From positions 248,001-312,000 of the forward strand of contig LSRY02000048.1 in NCBI GenBank assembly GCA_001643675.2: DNA of 64,000 bases, in the 5' to 3' direction. The stretch's first letter is position 1; the number at the start of each line of letters is the position of its first letter. The notes under the pieces were generated by a model. That model saw nothing but the letters and a program-made list of their open reading frames with translations. It made no database searches and was not told the DNA's origin. A program made the position numbers and the translations under genes. Shown here piece after piece: positions 54,063-64,000 of the stretch. This DNA comes from Monocercomonoides exilis PA203. Lineage: Eukaryota; Protista; Preaxostyla.

Positions 54063-55387
54063 TTGTTTTCTGAGCTGGAGCATTGCAATGAAGAAGAGCA
54101 GGAAGTTAAAGTCGAGATAATGAATGAAATAATGAAAGAGATGAACAAAGAAGAATTCAGTGCAGTTTTCATCGAAGAATTGTTTGATGAAATACACAAA
54201 ATGATTGAAGATAAAAAATTATCAAAGAAGAATGCCACTGTCTTTTTGAAGCACATCGGTTATTGCAAAATAATGGACGGAATACGGAGCAAAAGCTTTG
54301 ACAGTTCTTCGCTTTTCAAACGAATTCAAGAGATGATTTTAGATGAAGAGAAGAAGAAAGGAAGGATAAATGAAAGACTGATGATTGATCTCTGCGAGTG
54401 CTGTTTTTTGCTTAGCAACAAATCTTCTTCAAAGATTCCTTCAGTTTGTTTGTCCTATCTTCTGAAAGCTACATTGAACAAGGAGAAAAACGAAGAAGCA
54501 CAAAAAGAAGTGGAAATGGCTTTGTTGGCTTTGAGCAACGTTAAATATCTCGTATGAGTAGTTCTTTTTCATTTTTGATAATGTTTTTTTCCCATCTTTA
54601 TTGTCAGTTTATCGAAACTGAACTGTATTTGAGAGAGATCAAAGAAATCATTCAATATCATCAAGAGCATAACAACCTCACGCGACTTGCGTATCAATCA
54701 GCTTGGAAATTTTTAATGAACAGATTTGAGGATGATTCAAATTTGGAAGAAGTTATTTTAAATGATCTGCATTTTGTGAGAGAAGTAGCAAGCGAAGTGG
54801 AAGATCTGGCAGGATATATTGATTGGAAGAATAATGAAAAAGACGAAGAAATGAAAAGAATAGAGAAAAAAAATGTTGTGATTGCTGAAAGGTGGCTAGA
54901 CATGATTCACTATTTCTTTGTATATTTCGAAGTTCATCATGAAGAGCATATCAAATTGATTTCTTGCATGACAAGCCTGTGCAGAGCAGCAATAAATACG
55001 CACAATGAAATTGTCAAAAAGTGTTATTTCATTTTGATGTATTTGATGAGACGCCAAAAGATTTTGCCGATTGTCAGCGATTTGCTGAAGGAGGGGATAA
55101 TTGATTACTTTATGGAAGAAATTCAGCGATCAACAATGGATGACGTTATATCATATGGTTTTTTTAGATTAGTTCAGAATATTTACGATTCTTTGGAAGG
55201 AAATGAGGATAATGAAACTGATGATGCAAAAAGAAAAGCAAAAAAACAGAAGATGGTCGAAAAGTTGGAAGAGGAAGGATATGAAGATATTAACACGAGT
55301 CTATGTGGACCGTTTGTTTATTTAAGTGAAAAACACTGGTGTTCTTATATATTTTCCAGTGTCATAAATCTTTCTGAGAATTTTTGA
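54063..55387 (+). CDS. Member of the lineage-expanded helical hypothetical family (copy 3); 5' exon uncertain
   Basis: FSELEHC..., DLCECC, KEVEMALLAL, intron ~54552-54607, NLTRLAYQSAWKFL, IDWK, LEEEGYED; frames intact. Confidence 0.75.
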
Positions 55388-55814
55388 GAAAATGAAATAC
55401 ATTTCATTCTGTAACCCAAATTTAATATTTAATTTTTATTTTTTTATCATTTCACAAAACTGAAAGCAGTTAATTAAAATTTTGCAATTCATTAGTTTGG
55501 GCTAATGATAACTTAACGTAGTCACTGAGAATATTTTTTTAATCGATATTTTTATTAATGTTATGTATTAAATGATAAATAAAAAACAAACAGGTTCGAA
55601 AATTAAAGAAAATTTCAAATATTTTTCAACTTATTTTTAATATAAAACACACTAAATATTTTTTATTTTGATTAATAAAAATTTAAACTATTCATTTTTC
55701 CAATGTCTTCAAAGTTAAATCAAATTTTAAATATAAATTTTATTAATATATCTTTCATTTTATTAAATGAATTGTAAAATACATAACCTTAATGCGAAAT
55801 ATCTATTTTTTCAA

Positions 55815-55858
55815 TATGGGACGAAATATTTCACCTTTGGACTTTTGTTCCACCCATA
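55815..55858. mobile_element. 44-bp internally deleted derivative of the 22.5-kb MITE family
   Basis: TATGGGACGAAATATTTCAC...CACCCATA; the left 20 nt match 22505-22524 with 2 mismatches. Confidence 0.5.
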
Positions 55859-55889
55859 ATCCTATACCTGTAATAATGAAGGAAAACAT

Positions 55890-58800
55890 TAGATGAATTG
55901 TGAAATAAAAAAAAATTTCACAATTATTGGGTTATTTCAAAATAACCCAATAATTTTGAAATTGTCTATGGAAATTTTGAAATTTTTGGGGAATTTTGCA
56001 ATAACTCGGGTGGCCAAAATTTTTCTGTGAAAAAATATATTATGCATACTCATAAAGTTTTTCAAAACATTTTGTCGAAAAATGAGCTGGTGATTTTTAA
56101 ATTAAAATAAGTTGAAAAGAACTATAAAAGATATTTTTGGTGATTTTTTATGATAATTCAAATAAAACCTTTTGATTCAACTGTTTTTTGATAAACAATT
56201 GGGAAAAAATCGCAATAAACGATATTCATTTCAATTTCAAATATTTTTTTGTTGGATTTCTTCAAAAAAGAAATTTGGAAATGAAATATCAAAAAAAAAA
56301 AAAAAAGATCTTATTGATGTGTTTCAACAGCACAGGGTCTCTTCTGCAATTTCTCTAAGTTTTTGCAACAATAAAACAGCTATTTCCCTTCATTTGTCTT
56401 CAAGTTTCAGATCCAGCATTTTTTCCTCTTTCTTTTTCTTTTTTCTTCTCTCCTCAATTATTTCTTTCATAATATCCATTCAAAACAATTCTTCGGACAT
56501 TGCCTCATAATCATCATTGATTAAAAATAAATTTCTTATGCCACCATTTTTCCACATCCATTAGCTCTTTATTCAAGCAAAACTCATTTTCATCATATTT
56601 CTATCCAATGAGCATGTTTAGTCCAAAATAAGTTATATAAATATTTGTAACAAAATACATTCAGGCTCTGATATACATCTAAGGAAATGTTTGTCTCTCT
56701 TCTTCGCTGTTCTCGTCTGAAAAAAATAAATTGTCCATTTTAAATAATTTGCATGAATCACGATTTTGGAGAGGTTACGGATGATAACATCTTCACAATC
56801 AACAGAACAATAAAAATTGCACACATCAAAAATTCTTCATTTCCATTGAAAATATTGCCGCTCCACGGCATTCCAACAATCAGTATAAACAATTTCATAT
56901 TCCATCAAACAGATATCGTTTTTGTAATACCCAACCTTTTCCCCGGAAATATTTCATTTAGTCAACCTGTCCCTGTTCAAACCATGGAATCTCACTCTAA
57001 TGACAGTTTCTGAGCATTTGACATTGTTTGATCTATTCCATAACGAATTAGAGCCACATAAGAAAAGGAGCACAACTCGATGTGTCGAGGCTGAATGGGC
57101 ATATGAAGACAATGCGGTTGTAAAAGGATGGATTTATGGTGTGGAGTGAAGGAGTTGAGCTTTTGGAGGAAACAGGGTTTTGGAGTAGAAAGAAACGATA
57201 AAAGAATATTTTTTGTGGAAAAGAGGCATTTTTGTGTGTTTAAGAGGCAAAACGGATGTGTGGGGGATGGATTTGGATGATGTTTGGAGGGGTTGTTTTT
57301 TCGATTTTTGTGAGTTGGAAGGTGTGGAGGCCGTGTTTATTATTTGAAAAATGGAATTTGTTGTGAAGGAGGTGGAATGAGGAGGGAACAGAGGAGTGGA
57401 AGATGCGTTAAGCGAATGGAATATATTTTCATTGGAAAAGAGGACAAGAGTTGGATGGGAAATGGGAGATATGGAAAAGGGATGTTATTTTTTTTCAAAT
57501 GCAGGGAGATAGAGAGGGGTCCATATGATGCGGATCAAGAGGGAGAGTATTTGTGGGTGTGTGTGTGGTTTGAGAAGAAAATGGGGTTGAAGAAGAAGAA
57601 AAATGAAATATAATTTTCTTTCACATTTTTATGTTTTGTTTTGTGAACTGTTTGGACGCGCCTGGCTTTTGCAGGGTAAATGTTGGAGGCGGAAGCGGAG
57701 GAAGACGAGAAGAAGGAACGTCAGGCGCAGCACTTTGCATTGGTGGTGTGGAGATGGTTCACGACAGGGATGGATCGAGATGAGGTGCTGACCATGAGGG
57801 GGTGTTTTGCACCAAAGAGAGGCATTAATATTGGAGGCATTTATATTTTTTATTGGGAAAAGGATGATGGTGAATGAAGTGGAAGAGATGGTGGACGTGT
57901 GGCGGAGGGGTGTTGATGTTGTTTTCGGAGAAATGGAAAGAAGAAAAAGGTGATGCAGAAGTAAGGGATGGAAAGGGATTTATCAGATGGAATCTTCTTA
58001 TTGTCAGTTTTTGATATAAAGGAGTTTGTGAAGTTATTTGAGAAGAAGCGGAACAGAGGATTGAATTATGTTAATATTTTAAAAAGAAGAAGAAAGAAAA
58101 AGTCAGCGAAAGGCGGTCATTGTGAAAGATATAGGTTTGTATATTTTTATTAATATTTTTTATCAAATGTTATTTTTTATTAATGAAATTAGGATTTTTG
58201 CAAGAATGTTCAACAACAATGAATGAACAAGGAATATGGAAAGAGGGGATATTGGATGCATTAAAAGAAATCAGGACATAATAATTGGAGGGGGGTAATG
58301 AGAAATGAGCCGGATGAAATATCAAGGAAACGAGAAGATAGTATTTTTTTGAAGATTTTGGAAGGCTCATAAGGCGAATCTTGTCAAAAGCCAAAGGAAA
58401 GAGAGGAAAATGATAACGAGGCAGAAGAAGAAGAAGAAGAAGAAGAAGAAGAAGAAGAAGAAGAAGAAGAAGAAGAAGAAGAAGAAGAAGAAGAAGAAGA
58501 AGAAGAAGAAGAAGCAACGAGATTTGCTTTTATCTATGGATGATTTTGTCAATTCCATCAGCAAAACATAATGAGGAAATATAACAAAATTGAAATTTTG
58601 TTTTTTCTTTTCTTTTTTGACATGTTTTCTACCAGGTGTCAATTTTTTTTTTCCATGAAACATTCATATCAATGCTAAACATCAATATTTGAAGCATTTT
58701 CGGTTTCTTCTTTACCATTTTGATTCATTTTTCAAGTTTTCTGTCAGTTTTTGCAAATCAGATATATTAAACCATTTTATATTGAATTTTTGAAATGTTT

Positions 58801-59200
58801 TGTATAATGACAATCATTTATTGTTCATGGAAACATTTCAATAATCGTATTAAACGTTTAATCATAAATCTTTTTCTATGCGATTGTCACAAAAATACAA
58901 AAAATGATTTATTTCGCATTATTTGTTGTTAAATGTTCTGAAAATTGAACAAAACATATTTAATAATCATTGTGATAAATTAACTGCTATTTGAGAATGC
59001 CGAGATTTTCAAAAGAAAAATGAAGATCTTCCCACAATTTTTATAAAACTTGAAATTTGTTGGTGAAACATAAAAGTACTACCTTATTTTCAATTTTTCT
59101 GAGAAATTTCAAAATTACTTGATAATTTCAAAATAACATATGCTAATTTCAAAATTATTCAAAAATTTCATAATTACACAAAAATTGTGCAATTCATCTA
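55890..59200. mobile_element. 3.3-kb non-autonomous TIR element with subterminal repeats and decayed gene cargo
   Basis: TAGATGAATTG (55890-55900) / CAATTCATCTA (59190-59200); ATTTTGAAATT repeats inside the left end and AATTTCAAAAT repeats inside the right end; no transposase motifs seen. Confidence 0.6.
58423..58513 (+). repeat. (GAA)n microsatellite
   Basis: About 30 perfect GAA units. Confidence 0.95.
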
Positions 59201-59535
59201 TTATATCAAAGGAAAAATATTAAAATAAAATAAAACAAGAATGAGAGGATAGTGGGTGAAAAAATAGAAAATAGAAAATAGATAAAATAAAAATAAATGA
59301 ATAAAAACAAAAAAAAATATTTTTTATTTATTATTTTTTCGTAAAAATATTGAGAAATTATTTTTTATTCTCCTGGGAGACTGAATCTGGATCCAAAGCC
59401 TGCAAGTCTTTATTTTACTAATAAATAAAACAAAAACAGGAAGGATTCAGTCACGTCTTCAAACAAATTTTATTTGTTATCATTAGATAAGCAAGAATAA
59501 AAAATAATTTCTTTGTATTTTTTGTTTTAAGATTT

Positions 59536-62187
59536 TTAAAAATCAATTTCCATGCTGTTGTTATTAATATCAATATTTAATGAATTATTAGAATTAAATG
59601 ACATACCTGCGCCACTTTCTTCATTTAAAAAAGAATTAGAAAAATCAGAATTGGAATTAAAAAAGGGAAATAAAAATGAATTGTTATTTTGAGAATTATT
59701 TGAATTATTAAAAATTGGAAAATTAACTTTTTCTAACATTCCTTTCATACCTTCTTTTTGTCGCTCCATATCTGCTGTTCCGCTATATAAAAAATCATTT
59801 TTTGATAAAGAAGAAAAATTCTCAGATCTGTTAAAAAATACAGAATCGATCATAAATAATCTTTCTTTTATAATTTTTTTCACTGTTTTTCCAACTTTAT
59901 TATTTCCTTCTGTTTCTTTGTCTTTTTCATTTTTTCTTTCGAATGTTTTTCTAATTTTTTCATTTTTTATTAATTTTTCAGAGAATTTAATTTTTTTCAT
60001 ATATTCAAAATTTTCTGAGCTTATTGGTGAAGCAAATAATTCTCTTTCTTTTTTTTCAAAATATAAATATTTTTTCATACCTAATATTACCAGCTGGCCC
60101 CAATTTGTTTCTGATAATGTTTCGTGTCTGAAAAAAAAATATGATGAAAAAATTTTATTAAAAAAATTTGTTAAGAAAACATCACACTTTAAAAAGTAAT
60201 GTTTTGTATTAAAATTATTTTCGCTCTCTTTATTCATTTGCAAAGTTTCCAATTCCATTCCAGCAGAGTCGTTATTAATTTCTAAATTTTGAAAAAATCA
60301 TTATTAAAAGAAGAAAAATTGGAGAGAGAAAAATTGGAATTATTATTTAAAAATTTATTGTGATTATAATTAGAATTAAAAAAAGAAATTATATCATCCA
60401 AAGTATTTAAAACAGTATTATTTAAATTATTATTTAATAAATTAGTCAAATGACCAAATTCGCTGTCGCAATCATTTTTTCCATGATGCTCAGCAAAAAA
60501 AGATAAAGAACATTTTTTATTATAAAATAAAGGAGAAGAATTTGAAAACAAAAAATGAAGGATATTAGAGTTTCTAAAATGAGGTCCATTATCACAAAAA
60601 AAGTGAAAAAAATTAACATTTTCAAATAAATCAAATTTTAATAATTGAGTAATGCATTCACAAACAAAACAAAAATCATGAGATAAAATTTCTGAAAAAA
60701 AATTAAAACAATGTTTTTCCAAAATGTTAAATTTATTAACTTTAAAAACAATAAAACACAATTGAGTAATTTGCTTTTTGTCGTAAAAGTTACGACCAGT
60801 TTCATTCATCATTATGGGCAATGCCCAGTTTTCTTTGAAGTCCATAATTATTGAAACTTCATTTTTTTTCATGCTATTTCTTGATAAATAAAAAAAATTT
60901 CTCTGGCATTGAGCCATATTTTTATGTTTTTCAATTAATTCCTTTTCTTCTTTTTCTTCAAAACTCAAAGACAAGTTTTTCTTTTTCAATTCTATTTCTT
61001 TCTTCTCCAAATAATTTCCTCTCTCGCACACATCACACAAATCAGTCCTCCTTTTTGCTTTTTTAAAATTTTTTGTTTTTTTACAAAAAGTAGAATATGC
61101 CATTTTAATATCTATTTCATTCTTCATTTCAAAAAATAAATTCTTTTTTGTATTTTCAATAATTCTTTTCTCATTTCTTAAAAAACATGATGAATATTTC
61201 AATTTCTTTTTATTGACTTTTTCATTTTCAAGCACCTTTTCTTTATTGTTTTCTTCATTATCTATTATTTCAAATGATGACGAAGAAGTTTGAGAAGAAG
61301 TTTGAGAAGAAGTTTGAGAAGAAGTTTGCGAAGAAGTCATTTTTTTCGATTTGTTATTATCACTAATCTTATATTTTTTTTCTTTTTGATATTTTCTATC
61401 ATCAATTTTCATCTTTTCTTCATTTTTTTCTTTATTAATCTTTTTTTCTGTTTTTTTAATATTCAAAAATAAAAATTGAACATTAAAAATTAAATATCAA
61501 AAACAAGACACACTTTTATTTCGTCTTCGTTCGTTGAGGCAGCTGTATGAGCTATGGCTCATCAGCCAATTTTCCACGTCAATTTTTCGATCTGTTGTTG
61601 TTAATGTATGAAAATTAATAGAAAACAGGAGATTTATTAAAACATTATATATAACAATAAATTTAATAATTATAATAACCTGCATTGTTGGAGCTGTTTT
61701 CGTCTTTTAAGTTTTTTCCGAGAACCTTAGCTTCTTTTCTCTTTTCCCGGGAATAGTAATATTCCCCTCGGGAAAGAGAAAAACCGTTTTCATTCAACTC
61801 TGCCATTGAACAAACGGAAGAAGCACAAGAAAGAATTGAAACGCGATCCGAATTCCCGGGCGTTTTATAAAGATCCGCAAGATTGTTTAAAATCTTTGCA
61901 GTTTTCTCTTTCAATATGGAAAAAAATATATAAATAAAATTGTTTCATCAAATATTTAATCATAGAAATGAAAAAAAAAACAATAAAAAAACAAAACTTA
62001 ACGAAACAGCTTCAACAGCTTCGCGGAAGGGCTTTCCCAATTTGGAATGGTAAAGGAAGTGCATTAAGCACCCTTCATGATCATCGCAGGATAAATCTCG
62101 TATTTTTTCAAAAATTTCTTTTGCATGACGGCTTTTTGTAGCGCGTGGACGAGTGTAATATGGATGGCAATAGATTTCGTTTTCCAT
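59536..62187 (-). mobile_element. Sola-superfamily (Sola2-like) DDD transposase gene, multi-exon, with one apparent frameshift near 60290
   Basis: TDLCDVC...H, IMDFKEN, SHD, FCDNGPHFRN and FFAEHHGKNDCDSEFG motifs in ORF 60282-61466; upstream exons at ~62000-62187, ~61680-61915 and ~61510-61590. Confidence 0.75.
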
Positions 62188-62329
62188 ATTTTTGCTTATG
62201 GTTTCAAAAAAGTGTGATAAAACAATAAAGAAAGCTTGTATCTGTCAATGATGCTGTTGTAAGAGAAAAAAAAAATATCTTTTTTGAGTACAAAAACTTA
62301 CTCTTTATTTTTCCTTTTCTTCTCCATCC

Positions 62330-64000
62330 GTAACAATCCAGTCTTTTCGAACTTTTCTTAAGATTTCCTTCAGTCACGTTGATCCTCCAGTTCCAGCTTA
62401 AGCTCCAGTTGAAATTAATCATTTGCTGCACTATTCCCTTCTCACATATCTTCTGCTGCTTCATATTATTCGCTTCAGATGAAATAGAGAAGGATAACAA
62501 TGAAAGAGAAGAAGAAGATATAATGCTGGATAAGCATTCGTTTAAAGAGAAGATGTTGCAGTAATTGACAGATATGATAGTTACAGCAATTCCCCCAAAC
62601 TGAGAGCAAGAAAGGCAGATAAAAGAGAAGAGTCAGAAAAAGGAAAGGAAAAGAGATTAAAAGAGAGCATGATTGCTGAAGTGCCTGGTACAAAGAAGAG
62701 TTGCTGTTAAGAAGCTCAAATTCTTCAAACAACATCATATCGCCTTTTGAAGAACAGGCAACCAGAAGAAGCGGATGCAGAATGAGCAGAAGAGGTACAG
62801 GAAGGGCTTTTCAATACGATGAATCATTTGCGAACACGAAAGGCAAATTTGAACGAACAAGAAAAATGAAGAATTCTGGGATAATCCAAGGCACAGAATT
62901 TCGATTTAAGCTTACGGCTTTTTTGATGAGAAGCAGAAGTTATCAACTTGAACACGATAACAATGCCATTAGAAAAAATTTCCTCTTTAGTCAAATTGCC
63001 TTTCTGTCTAATTCCTGGACAGGAATCTCGAACAAAGAAATAATCCCTTCTCCTCTCTTCGGTCGAGAACAAATGTCAATCAGCAGCTGAGACTGAAGAG
63101 CATTACAAAAGCGGATATTGCCATCTGCAACGAACGTGAAGTGCACGTCTCGATAGATACGCAAAGATCGGATGATAAAGTTCGTGATGCATCGTGCTCT
63201 CTTCTTCAGCTGCAAAAATAGGATGTGTCAATGTGTATTGTGTGTTCTGTGCTTATTTTGAAGGCTGGGAAGATGAAAAAATGAGTCGTGTGGCTGTATT
63301 GTTGACGGAAGCGCAGAATATAAAGAAGATGAATCCTTATTCACTCCGAAATTTGTATGAAAGAGCAGTTTTGTCTGTTTGAAGAAGTGAGCCAGCTACT
63401 GTGTAAAATGATGCATGAGTCGAAGGGAGGAATTTCGTTAAATTCTGTAAATCAAGCAAATCAAATCTATTTGGTTCATCATTGTCCTTCTCTCCTTTTT
63501 TGTCCGTCTCGTTCTCTTCAGAAAGAAGAAGCTATTGCCCTTTCCCAGAAAACAATGCATAGGCTGTGTCGTGTTCATTGTTGCTGTCTTCTGCTATCCT
63601 CATCTACTGTTGTTCCTCAATTTCCTGTTCAGCTTCCTCCAATTATGCAAGCATCTTCATTGCTGTCTATTTAATTTCATTCTTTCTCATTTTCTCCTCT
63701 CCTCCATCGTCTTCTTATTCATATGCTTCTTCAGATGTTAACAAGAGATCAAAAGCTGTTTTTAACAAAGCTGTTGCCTAAGTGCTGCAACACAACTAAT
63801 CCTTCAGCAGATGCTGTTTCAAAAAGAGGTGTAAAGCTTTTCGATTCAATTGCCACATCTCTTTTTTACATTCCATTTGTGATTGGACATAAGAATATGT
63901 GCTTTGGGACTTTGGTGGACGAGCACACATTTATCGATAACTGAGACGGTTTGGTAGAAAAAGAGGGAATAACAAGCTGTGAATAACCAGCTGTATAACG
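62330..64000 (-). pseudogene. Heavily decayed coding-like sequence of unknown origin
   Basis: Higher GC and protein-like stretches on the minus strand, punctuated by frequent stops; no family recognised. Confidence 0.3.

Noticed and set aside
55841-59265. Wider inverted repeat CACCCA..ATCCT / AGGAT..TGGGTG as the true ends of the 3.3-kb element
   Set aside because: Short and interrupted; the left copy is already explained as the right end of the 44-bp MITE derivative.
61282-61337. 12-bp tandem repeat as a regulatory or CRISPR-like array
   Set aside because: No spacers; it simply encodes (SSQT)4 within the transposase.
59379-62303. TIRs for the Sola element (GACTGAATC/GATTCAGTC at 59379-59452; GAGTA/TACTC at 62286-62303)
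   Set aside because: Both are local hairpins that do not pair with each other across the transposase, and no 4-bp TSD was found.

Overview
AT-rich, intron-rich eukaryotic (protist) DNA using the standard genetic code, with short GT-AG introns (donor mostly GTTTG/GTATG). The poly-Ser/TCT tracts and an expanded helical hypothetical-protein family suggest an oxymonad such as Monocercomonoides (inference, not verified). The left ~42 kb is gene-dense: a partial gamma-tubulin complex (Spc97/98) gene, a ~3,200-aa low-complexity protein, FKBP, two calmodulin-like proteins, a RING-H2 + YEATS-like fusion, a Swi3/TIPIN-like protein, a cathepsin B-like protease fused to a split Frizzled-like cysteine-rich domain, a DUF1295 membrane protein and a Kelch/Cys-rich membrane protein. 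It also holds a TIR-bounded pogo (DD35D) transposon, a MITE and a candidate structured ncRNA. The right ~21 kb is mostly mobile and decayed DNA: a 977-bp element with 365-bp TIRs, an ~8.7-kb imperfect mirror structure centred near 48.7 kb whose arms share both ends but carry different host-gene fragments in the middle, a 3.3-kb TIR element with decayed cargo, and a Sola-type DDD transposase gene. All domain calls are by-eye motif recognition and all splice models are manual; no searches were run.
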